From contig JBHIBG010000012.1 in the NCBI GenBank assembly GCA_046758965.1, positions 1-51,725 on the forward strand: a stretch of 51,725 bases of DNA, in the 5' to 3' direction. Below are positions 44,185-51,725 of this stretch, piece after piece. Positions within the stretch are counted from its first letter, which is position 1. Each line of letters opens with the position of its first letter. The notes under the pieces are model-generated. The model searched no databases. It saw nothing but the letters and a program-made list of their open reading frames with translations, and had not been told where the DNA came from. Source of the DNA: Candidatus Methylomirabilia bacterium. Its GTDB lineage: Bacteria; Methylomirabilota; Methylomirabilia; Rokubacteriales; CSP1-6. The position numbers were made by a program, and so were the translations under genes.

Positions 44185-44214
44185 ATTGGACCATGGCCAG
44201 AGGCGAAAAGTCAA
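44185..44214 (-). promoter_or_regulatory. sigma70-like promoter of rplU
   Basis: TTGACT, 18 nt spacer, TCCAAT with an extended TG. Confidence 0.55.
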
Positions 44215-44367
44215 GACTCCTCGACACTTATCCCGCATCGTGCTGCCGCGGATCGTCGCGCCGCCCTCAAGACGCCCGCATCCCCCCGCGCTGCCGGGTC
44301 ACCAGAGGGGATCAGTCGCTCGCCTTCTGCCGGGCCGGATGCCCCCGGAGGAACAGCCCGGAGTCAG

Positions 44368-45092
44368 TCATGGTTTCAAATACTTGCTGAACCACCCCAT
44401 GGTCTTCTCCCCGGCATCGCGCGCTGCCTCGGGATGATAGGACCCTCGTTCGTTGCAGAAAACGCCGTGCCCGGCGCCGGAATACAGCTTGATCTCAGAG
44501 GTCTTGCCGTGCTGCTTCAGGGTCTCCTCGATTCTGCGCACCTGATGCAACGGGATCGAGGCATCGGTCTCCCCAAAGAAACAGAGGATCGGGCACTGGA
44601 TCTCTCGAGCAAAGTTGATCGGAGCATTGGGACCTTCCGCGGCGATCCGGCGCCCATAGAAGGGTACCGCTGCCTTGATCTCCGGAGCGTGCCGGCAGGC
44701 GGCGAGGAAGGTTGCCCGCCCGCCCACGCGGAAGCCCGTAATTCCCACCCGTTCAGCTCGCACGTCGCTCAAGCCCTTGAGGTGCGCGATCACTGCGCCG
44801 ATCTCAGCCATGACCCCAGGGTCCTCGAGCCGCTGTAAGTAATCGATCGCTTTCGGAATATCTTCGTAGGGGCAATCGGGCTCCCGAAGCGGTGGTAGAG
44901 GTCCGGCGCCCTGCTGACGTACCCCTCTCGGGCGACCCGCTCGGTCACATCCTTGATATGGCGATTCAGGTCGAAGGCTTTCATGACGACGATGACCGCA
45001 GGGAAGGGACCTCCGGTAGCCGGGCGGCAGAGGTACGCCGGCATGCTCCCGTCGGGGACGGTCAGGGTGACAGTGCCAGTCCGTAGCTCCAT
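44368..45092 (-). pseudogene. Frameshifted dienelactone hydrolase-family gene
   Basis: N-half (PAVIVVM.AF.LN.HI...APDLY) and C-half (GF.VGG...PFYG...HG) lie in different frames, switching near 44870; the nucleophile Cys is replaced by Arg. Confidence 0.88.
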
Positions 45093-45206
45093 GACGCCCT
45101 CCATGGCGGTCGGTCTCGGGTGAGTGATGAGCTTCTACCACGCCGACAATCGGACAGTCAAGGACGCTCGGGCGAGGTTCGGAGGGGCTGTCGAGGCCCA
45201 GCACGG

Positions 45207-46616
45207 TCAGAAGAGCCCGGCGGTGACGCGGAGTGCGATCGTGAGCACCGGCTTCGGGTACACGCCCACGATGACCACGCCGAGGGCGCAGAGGAGGACA
45301 GATAGCGCGAGGGGCAGAGCGACCGGGATCCGGCCCGCGCGCGCCGGAGGCTCGATGTACATGCGCCTGGCCACCATCAGGTAGTAGAAGAGCGCCACCA
45401 CCGTCAGCACCGCTCCCACCCCCACCAGCCAGTAGAGCCCCCTTTCCGCGGCGGCCCAGAGGACATAGAGCTTGGCCCAGAACCCAGCCACGAACGGGAT
45501 CCCGCCCAGGGAGAGGAGGAAGAGCAGCATCGCGAGCGCGAGAAGCGGCGAGCGCTGGGCCAGGCCTCTCAGGGCGTTCAGGTGGACCGAGCCTTCGGCC
45601 TGGGCCACGGCCTCCACCACCAGGAAGGCCCCCATGTTCCCGAAGACGTAGGCGACCAGGTAGAAGAGCACCATCGCGGTCCCCCAGGCAGAGACCGCCG
45701 CGAACCCCATCAGCATGTACCCGATGTGGGCGATCCCGGAGTAGGCGAGGAGGCGCTTGGTGTTCTGCTGGGGGAGCGCCATCAGGTTGCCGGCCACGAT
45801 CGTGATCGCCGAGAGCCCCGCGGCCACCGGGACCCAGAGCGCCGCGCGCTCCCCCGCCCCTTCCAGGTAGACCCGAAACAGCGCCACGAATCCGGCGGCC
45901 TTGGGGGCCACCGAGAGCCAGGCCACGAACGGGGTCGAGGCTGCCTCGTAGGCATCGGGCACCCACATGTGGAACGGGAACGCGGCGATCTTGAAGCCGA
46001 ACCCCACCAGCACAGCCAGAAGCCCCAGCCTCAAGAGTGGATCGCCTGAGCCGAGGGCTTCTGTAATGCCATCCAGCCGGGTGGTCCCGGCTACCCCGTA
46101 CACGAAGGAGAGGCCGTAGACCATGACGGCCGAGGAGACGGTGCCCACAAGGAAGAACTTGAGCGAGGCCTCCACGGCCTCGGGCTCACGCTTGAGGAAC
46201 CCCGTGAGGACGTAGAGTGGGATCGACATCAGCTCGAAGGCCACGAAGAGGAGGATCAGCTCCCGCGCCGAGGCCAGCGCCATCATCCCGAGGAGCGAGG
46301 AGAGGAGCAGGAGATAGTACTCGGTGGCGCGACGTTGGAAGGCCGGATCACGGAGCGAAAGCGCGCCCAGGATGCCGATCAGGGTGGCGCCGAGGAAGAG
46401 CCGCTTGGCAAAAAGCGCCAACCCGTCCACGACCCAGGCGCCCTCCAGCAGGCTGTCACCGGGCTCCACAAACAGCGAGAGCCCGAGCAGGAGCAAGATT
46501 CCCGTCCCCGCGATGATCCCCACCCGGCGCCTGTCCTCCCCCCGGGCCAGGAGCCCGACGAAAAAGAGTGCCAGCATGAGCAGGCCCAGGCCCAGCTCGA
46601 GTCTGAGCGCGCTCAC
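45207..46616 (-). CDS. nuoN: NADH-quinone oxidoreductase subunit N (cluster 2)
   Basis: EASLKFF, GFKIAAFPFHMWVPDAYE, KRLLAYSGIAH. Confidence 0.95.
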   Translation of the reverse strand: MSALRLELGLGLLMLALFFVGLLARGEDRRRVGIIAGTGILLLLGLSLFVEPGDSLLEGAWVVDGLALFAKRLFLGATLIGILGALSLRDPAFQRRATEYYLLLLSSLLGMMALASARELILLFVAFELMSIPLYVLTGFLKREPEAVEASLKFFLVGTVSSAVMVYGLSFVYGVAGTTRLDGITEALGSGDPLLRLGLLAVLVGFGFKIAAFPFHMWVPDAYEAASTPFVAWLSVAPKAAGFVALFRVYLEGAGERAALWVPVAAGLSAITIVAGNLMALPQQNTKRLLAYSGIAHIGYMLMGFAAVSAWGTAMVLFYLVAYVFGNMGAFLVVEAVAQAEGSVHLNALRGLAQRSPLLALAMLLFLLSLGGIPFVAGFWAKLYVLWAAAERGLYWLVGVGAVLTVVALFYYLMVARRMYIEPPARAGRIPVALPLALSVLLCALGVVIVGVYPKPVLTIALRVTAGLF

Positions 46617-48151
46617 GGGCCCACCCCCAGCCGGCTGAGCAACGGCAGAGTCGCGCTGCCGATCGGACCGATGGCAATCCCGGGCACCATGCCGAACAGG
46701 ACGATCACGAACACAAGGATCACCAGCGCCACCCATTCAGGGCCCCGAGCATCCGGGAGGTCGTGGAACTCTCCGTGGGCCGGCGCGGGTCCCCAGAAGA
46801 TCTGCTTGGCCACCCTCAGGATGTAGACCGCAGTCAGGAAAGTCCCCGCCACCGCGGGGAAGAGCCACCACGGATGAGCCGAACGCCACGCTCCGAGGAA
46901 GGTCAGAAGCTCTGCCACGAAACCTGATGTCGCCGGGAGCCCGAGCGAGGAGAGCCCCCCGATGGTGAAGGCCGTGGCGATCCCCGGCATCCACCGGCCG
47001 AATCCCCCCATCCTCAGGATCTCGCGGGAGTGGGCCTTCTCGTATACCAGCCCCACCAGGGCGAAGAAGAGCCCGGTCATGATCCCGTGAGCAAACATCT
47101 GGAACACCGAGCCGTTCAGCCCGGCCTCGGTCAGGGTGGCGGCGCCGAGCAGCACGATCCCCATGTGGGAGACCGACGAGTAGGCGATCACGTACTTCAG
47201 GTCGGTCTGGGCCATGGCGCTCAGCGCCCCGTAAACGATATTGATGCAGGCGATCGTGCCGACGAGAGTGACCCAGTCCCGGGTCCCGTCAGGAAGGAGC
47301 CCCATCCCCAGCCTCACCACGCCATAGGCGCCCAGCTTCATGAGCACGCCCGCATGGAGCATGGAGACTGCGGTAGGCGCGGAGGCGTGGCCATCGGGAG
47401 ACCAGGTGTGGAGAGGCCAGATCCCCGCCAGGACTCCGAACCCCACGTAGAAGGCCAGGAAGACCCACCGCTGGATCACCGGGCTGAACGTCGTCTGCGC
47501 TAGCACCGGGAAGGAGAACGTCCGGGCGTCGGCAGTGAAGTAGAGCGCGAGGATCCCGAGCAGGATGAACGCCGACCCCAGCAAGAGGTAGAGGGTCAGC
47601 TTCATCGCCGCGTACTCCTTCGAGCCCAGGCCCGCCTCGCGGATCGCCCATCCAAAGATCCCTCTGGGGCGGATCTCCGCCGAGGTCCCCCAGATGCCGA
47701 TCAGGAGATACATGGGGAGCACGGCCAGCTCGTAGAAGAGGAAAAAGACGAACAGGTCGAGCGAGACAAAGACGCCGAAGACCCCGGTCACCAGGACGAG
47801 CAGGAGGGCGTAGAACTCCTGGTTTCGGACCTGGATGGTCCAGGAGGCGAAGACCCCCGAGAAGATGACGATACCGGTCAGCAGCACCAGGATGAGGCTT
47901 ATCCCGTCGGCACCGACCTCATAGCTGATCCCCAGCGGCGGGACCAGCGCGAGCTTCTCGTAGAACTGAAAGCCCGCGGCATCCCGGTCGTAGCCGGCAT
48001 AGACGTAAAGCGAAAGCGCCATTGAGAGCCCCGTGCTGGCGACCGCGATCAGCCGCACCGCGAGCGGACGGTGGCGGCCAAGAAACATGATGAGGAGCGC
48101 TCCTACGAACGGGGCCCAGGTGATCACCGAGAGGAGCGGGAAGCTCGACAT
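46613..48151 (-). CDS. nuoM: NADH-quinone oxidoreductase subunit M (cluster 2)
   Basis: DGIS, FYEL, PLHTWSPDGH, LMKLGAYG, AYSSVSHMG. Confidence 0.95.
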   Translation of the reverse strand: MSSFPLLSVITWAPFVGALLIMFLGRHRPLAVRLIAVASTGLSMALSLYVYAGYDRDAAGFQFYEKLALVPPLGISYEVGADGISLILVLLTGIVIFSGVFASWTIQVRNQEFYALLLVLVTGVFGVFVSLDLFVFFLFYELAVLPMYLLIGIWGTSAEIRPRGIFGWAIREAGLGSKEYAAMKLTLYLLLGSAFILLGILALYFTADARTFSFPVLAQTTFSPVIQRWVFLAFYVGFGVLAGIWPLHTWSPDGHASAPTAVSMLHAGVLMKLGAYGVVRLGMGLLPDGTRDWVTLVGTIACINIVYGALSAMAQTDLKYVIAYSSVSHMGIVLLGAATLTEAGLNGSVFQMFAHGIMTGLFFALVGLVYEKAHSREILRMGGFGRWMPGIATAFTIGGLSSLGLPATSGFVAELLTFLGAWRSAHPWWLFPAVAGTFLTAVYILRVAKQIFWGPAPAHGEFHDLPDARGPEWVALVILVFVIVLFGMVPGIAIGPIGSATLPLLSRLGVGP

Positions 48152-49977
48152 TACGGCACCACGCTCCAGATGATGATCACGATCAGCAGGCCGAAGCTTA
48201 CCCCGTAGAGATAATCCTGGGCCTGGCCGGTCTGGATCATCCTGAGCCGGTCTCCGCCCCGAAGCGTCACGACGCTGAGCACATTCACCACCCCGTCCAC
48301 CAGATAGCGGTCAACCCAGCCGATCAAGCGGGAGAAGGCCAGGATCACGCCTCGGTAGAGCCTCTCAGCGAGGTCGTCGAGCCAGTACTTCCTCTCCACC
48401 GCCCGGGAGAACGGGCCGAAAGCCGCCGCCAGAGCTTCCGGGGAAATGGCGCGCAGCTGGTAAGTGAGGAAGGCAAAGACGAACCCCGCAAAGGCCAGTC
48501 CTAGCGAGAGCGGGGTGAGCCAGCCCGGGCCGTGGGGCTTCTCGGAAGGAGCGGCGAAGAGAAAGAACAGGCCGACTCCGAGGGAGAGTCCTGCCAAGAT
48601 CCAGTTCGGCCCGGCCATCACCAGAGGTGGATCGTGGGAGTGCCCATCGGCCGCGCGGTGGCCGAAGAAAACAAGCAAAATGACCCGGGACATGTAGAAG
48701 GCGGTGAGGAACACCGTCAGCGCCAGCATGAGGAACGGGACTGTCAGCCCTCCCTCCCAGGTCCCGGCGAGGACGGCCTCTTTTGAGAAGAACCCGACGA
48801 ACGGGTAGATCCCGCCCAGGGCAGCCGCACCGACGATGAAGACGATGCCGGTCTGCGGCATGGCCCTGAACAGCCGCCCCATCCGGAAGATGTCGGCGGA
48901 CCCCACGGCGTGGATGACCGCGCCGGCCCCGAGGAAGAGGAGCGCCTTGAAGAGCCCGTGGCTGACCAGGTGAAAGAACCCCGCGTCTCGGGCTCCGGCG
49001 CCAAGGGCTGCCATCATGTAGCCGAGCTGGGAGACTGTGGAGTAGGCCAGGACACGCTTGATGTCTGACTGAACCAGCGCCAGCGTAGCGGCGAGCAGCG
49101 CAGTGAAGGCCCCCACCCACCCGATCAGCGCAAGCACCTCCGGGGTGACGAGGAACAGCGGGTAGGTGCGGGTGACCAGATAGACCCCCGCTGCCACCAT
49201 GGTGGCCGCGTGAATGAGGGCTGAGACCGGGGTGGGCCCCTCCATGGCGTCAGGGAGCCAGATGTGGAGCGGGAACTGGGCGCTCTTCCCCACGGCGCCC
49301 AGGTAGATGAGGAACATGATGAGCGCCAGCCCTTCGAAGGGGAGCGTCTCCCGTTCAGCCATCTCGAAGAGCCGGGAGAACTCAAAGGTCCCCGTCTGCC
49401 TCCAGAGGAGGACGATCCCGATGATGAAACCCAGATCGCCGACCTTGGTGGTCCAGAACGCCTTCACCGCGGCCCGAGCCGGCTCGGGCCGGTCATACCA
49501 GAACCCGATCAGAAGGTAGGAGCAAAGCCCGACCAGCTCCCAGAAGATGAACAGCTGGAGGAAGTTGGGAGCGAGGACCAGACCGATCATGGAGAAGGCG
49601 AAGAGCGAGTGATAGGCGAAGTACCGCCCGAGCGCTGGCGGGGATTCGTGCTCCAGGTAGCCCACCGAATAAAGCTGAACCAGGAACGACACCAGCGCCA
49701 CCAGGACCAGCATGACCGCCGAGGTCTCATCGAGCAGGATCCCCACCGTGGCCAGGGGCTCCCCTCGGGCAGGGAGCCAGGCCCAGCTCCACTCCACCAG
49801 CTCGTCCAGCCCTCGCCAGGCGAGGAGAGAGGCCAGGAGGGCGCCGCCCACGGCGAGGATCGAGAGGAGGCCGGCTGTGCGGCCGGCGTGCCGGAGTGGT
49901 CGAAGGACCGCCAGGAGCACGAAGGCCCCGAACGGGAGCCAGAGCGCCACGAGCGCGAAGACGCCGGGACCGGGCAT
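48151..49977 (-). CDS. nuoL: NADH-quinone oxidoreductase subunit L (cluster 2)
   Basis: WELVGLCSYLLIGFW, GKSAQFPLHIWLPDAMEGPTPVSALIHAATMV. Confidence 0.96.
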   Translation of the reverse strand: MPGPGVFALVALWLPFGAFVLLAVLRPLRHAGRTAGLLSILAVGGALLASLLAWRGLDELVEWSWAWLPARGEPLATVGILLDETSAVMLVLVALVSFLVQLYSVGYLEHESPPALGRYFAYHSLFAFSMIGLVLAPNFLQLFIFWELVGLCSYLLIGFWYDRPEPARAAVKAFWTTKVGDLGFIIGIVLLWRQTGTFEFSRLFEMAERETLPFEGLALIMFLIYLGAVGKSAQFPLHIWLPDAMEGPTPVSALIHAATMVAAGVYLVTRTYPLFLVTPEVLALIGWVGAFTALLAATLALVQSDIKRVLAYSTVSQLGYMMAALGAGARDAGFFHLVSHGLFKALLFLGAGAVIHAVGSADIFRMGRLFRAMPQTGIVFIVGAAALGGIYPFVGFFSKEAVLAGTWEGGLTVPFLMLALTVFLTAFYMSRVILLVFFGHRAADGHSHDPPLVMAGPNWILAGLSLGVGLFFLFAAPSEKPHGPGWLTPLSLGLAFAGFVFAFLTYQLRAISPEALAAAFGPFSRAVERKYWLDDLAERLYRGVILAFSRLIGWVDRYLVDGVVNVLSVVTLRGGDRLRMIQTGQAQDYLYGVSFGLLIVIIIWSVVP

Positions 49978-49988
49978 GGGAGCGCGGG

Positions 49989-50288
49989 TCAGCCTTTCAG
50001 AAGGTCCAGAGCGTCAGCGTGTACCGTGCGTCTGACGCGAAAGATCAGAATGACAATGGCGAGCCCTATAGCGACCTCCGCTACCGTGATGGCAATCGTG
50101 AAGAGCGCGAAGACCAGGCCGGTCGGGTCAGCCAAGAAGCGGGCGAACGCCACCAGGTTCACGTTGACGGCATTCAGCATGAGCTCGATCCCCAGGAGGA
50201 TGCCGATGGCGTTCCGTCGGCTCAGGACGCCGAAGAGGCCAATCGCAAAGAGACAGGCCGCCAGGATCAGATACGCTTGAAGCCCCAT
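49989..50288 (-). CDS. nuoK: NADH-quinone oxidoreductase subunit K (cluster 2)
   Basis: SRRNAI, IELMLNA, VAEVAIGLA. Confidence 0.95.
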   Translation of the reverse strand: MGLQAYLILAACLFAIGLFGVLSRRNAIGILLGIELMLNAVNVNLVAFARFLADPTGLVFALFTIAITVAEVAIGLAIVILIFRVRRTVHADALDLLKG

Positions 50289-50292
50289 CAAC

Positions 50293-50419
50293 CCTCGGAG
50301 GGGGGCTCCGCCCCCCTACCCTCGCCTCCTGCTCGGGCTCTCCGCAGCCTCGCCGAGGCGAGGCTGCTTCGCGCACCGAACCTCCCCCACCGGTTGCGCG
50401 GGCAAAGCCCGCGCCCGAA
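50293..50419. repeat. Composite palindromic repeat, copy 2 (scaffold plus one 57-nt cassette)
   Basis: CCTCGGAGGGGGGCTCCGCCCCCCT...ACCGAACCTCCCCC...GCGCGGGC-AAA-GCCCGCGCCCGAA; aligns with 17992-18173. Confidence 0.85.
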
Positions 50420-50443
50420 ACGGCCCCACCTCACGCGTTCGCC

Positions 50444-50815
50444 ATGCGCCGGGGAAGCCCTGCCGAGCGATATCCGAGGAGCCGTAGCGGGCCGCGAAGC
50501 GCAGGACGCCCGAGCGCTCCGAGCGCCCGAACATCGTTGGGGCGCGAGGACTACCTCCCGTCTCGGGGGGATGGGGCCACCGGCCCCAGCCCGGGGGGTC
50601 ATCAGGGGGGCTTGCCCCCGTGCGTCCGGGGTCACAGCGAGCGGAGCGAGCGTCAGAGGGGCGGAGCCCCTGTGAGGAGCGCCTGGAGGCGCCAGCCCCG
50701 AGGCGCGATGGGATGGGGGACCAGCGGAGCTGTCCGAGCCGGGTACCCGCGCCGAAGGCGTGGGTGGGCCCGTCAAGGCGACGAGGCCTGAGCGAGGGAG
50801 GGCGCCCCGGCGCAT
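50444..50815. mobile_element. MITE-like non-autonomous element with terminal inverted repeats
   Basis: Left end ATGCGCCGGGGAAGCCCT, right end AGGGCGCCCCGGCGCAT (11 bp perfect, extendable); interior packed with GC hairpins; no transposase. Confidence 0.55.
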
Positions 50816-50861
50816 CCAAAAAGGTGCGAGCGCTCGGACATTCCACCCCATGGGGCGCTGT

Positions 50862-51359
50862 CTACTCCTCTCGACGGGCCAAGAGGGTGGCGCCCAGAAG
50901 GGCCGCGAGGAACAGCACGGCCAAAAGCTCAAAGGGGAGCACGAAGCGGGTGAGGAGGTCTCGCCCGATCGCCTGGGTGAGGTCAGCGTCGGCCAGCAGA
51001 GGGGGCTGGCGAGGGAGGTCGGCTCGAGTGACGAAGAGGAGGAGGGTCACCAGCACGGCGCCGGAGACAATGACCCCGCTCCGGATGTGACGGTTGGTCT
51101 GGGTCAGGCGCTCTCCCACCAAACGCTCCGTCAGCATAATGGCGAAGACCACGATGGTGACCACCCCGCCGGCATAGAGGAGGAGCTGGACTGCGGCGAG
51201 GAATTCGGCCTCGAGGAGGAGGAAGAGCCCGGCGGTGGTCACCAGCGCGGCTGCCAGATAGAGGACCGAGTGGAAGAGGTTTCGGGAGAGGACGACGGCG
51301 AGAGCTGAGATGATGAGGACGACGGCGAGCCCCCAGAACCCCGCCGCTTCCAGGCTCAC
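50862..51359 (-). CDS. nuoJ: NADH-quinone oxidoreductase subunit J (cluster 2)
   Basis: RNLFHS, AEFLAAVQLLLYAGG, PFELL. Confidence 0.94.
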   Translation of the reverse strand: MSLEAAGFWGLAVVLIISALAVVLSRNLFHSVLYLAAALVTTAGLFLLLEAEFLAAVQLLLYAGGVVTIVVFAIMLTERLVGERLTQTNRHIRSGVIVSGAVLVTLLLFVTRADLPRQPPLLADADLTQAIGRDLLTRFVLPFELLAVLFLAALLGATLLARREE

Positions 51360-51725
51360 TCCCCGGCCTCTTTCCGAGCTGCCTTCTCCGCCTTCGGTGG
51401 GGCCTGCATGGCGCGGAGACCGGTCCCTGTAGCCCAGGACTGGGCGAACTCCAGCCCGAGCTGGTGGAGCCGATCTTTGTCCAGGAGCAGCTCGCGGCGG
51501 TCAGAGGTGGCCAGATCAAACGTCTTCAGCATGATGATGGCGTCGGTCGGGCAAACCTGGACGCAGAGCTCGCAGAACTCACAGGCGTAGAGCTCCAGGG
51601 TGAACGTCTTGGCATAGTTCCGCTTCTCGCCTTTCAGCATCTCCACCAGGATGACCTGGGGCGGGCAGACGTACTCGCAGAGCCGGCAGCCGATGCAGGC
51701 TTCTTCGCCGGTCTCCGGATCATAG
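51356..51725 (-). CDS. nuoI: NADH-quinone oxidoreductase subunit I (cluster 2), 5' part beyond the window
   Basis: CIGCRLCEYVCPP and CEFCELCVQVCPTDAI; directly upstream of nuoJ. Confidence 0.88.
   Translation of the reverse strand, partial: YDPETGEEACIGCRLCEYVCPPQVILVEMLKGEKRNYAKTFTLELYACEFCELCVQVCPTDAIIMLKTFDLATSDRRELLLDKDRLHQLGLEFAQSWATGTGLRAMQAPPKAEKAARKEAGE

Noticed and set aside
44860..44880. Programmed frameshift in the hydrolase gene
   Set aside because: No clear slippery heptamer, and the catalytic Cys is also lost.
44368..45966. 532-aa ORF as a fusion protein
   Set aside because: The 5' part is an off-frame reading of nuoN; only the last ~165 codons are the hydrolase C-half.
50288..50932. 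214-aa ORF, the overlapping 176-aa ORF, and the 90-aa ORF at 17988-18260 as real proteins
   Set aside because: Low-complexity Arg/Pro/Gly translations of the repeat, read in different frames in the two copies. Kept only as possible coupling frames.

Overview
High-GC bacterial chromosomal window of mostly minus-strand housekeeping genes. Gene content and repeat style suggest Methylomirabilota/Rokubacteria-like or Deltaproteobacteria-like affinity; this is an unverified inference. Left to right: a TPR lipoprotein, an FmdB-type zinc ribbon, a pccB-mcm-(two FlgT-like)-polyprenyl synthase-DUF62 run, a DUF948/YtxH pair, a long lipA-nuoABCDE-[hicBA]-nuoFGHIJK-pdhABC-SH3-lpdA run, a yejABEF-like ABC transporter, tRNA-Leu(GAG), an ATPase-less peptide ABC trio, secG-tpiA-pgk-gap, comF, a dksA-like gene, rsfS-nadD-proA-proB-obg-rpmA-rplU, a dienelactone hydrolase pseudogene, and a second complex I cluster (nuoI-J-K-L-M-N, running off the right edge). 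Two features stand out. (1) A complex I operon stops at nuoK, has no nuoL/M/N, and continues directly into pyruvate dehydrogenase genes, with lipA at its head. (2) A family of nested palindromic repeats (a scaffold carrying 57-nt gap-free cassettes, plus a MITE-like unit with terminal inverted repeats) is inserted inside both nuo operons, each time just before a start codon. Also notable are an antisense hicBA cassette between nuoE and nuoF and a ~48-aa insertion in NuoD. Start codons were adjusted by eye from RBS position and family N-termini. No CRISPR array, integrase or transposase was seen.
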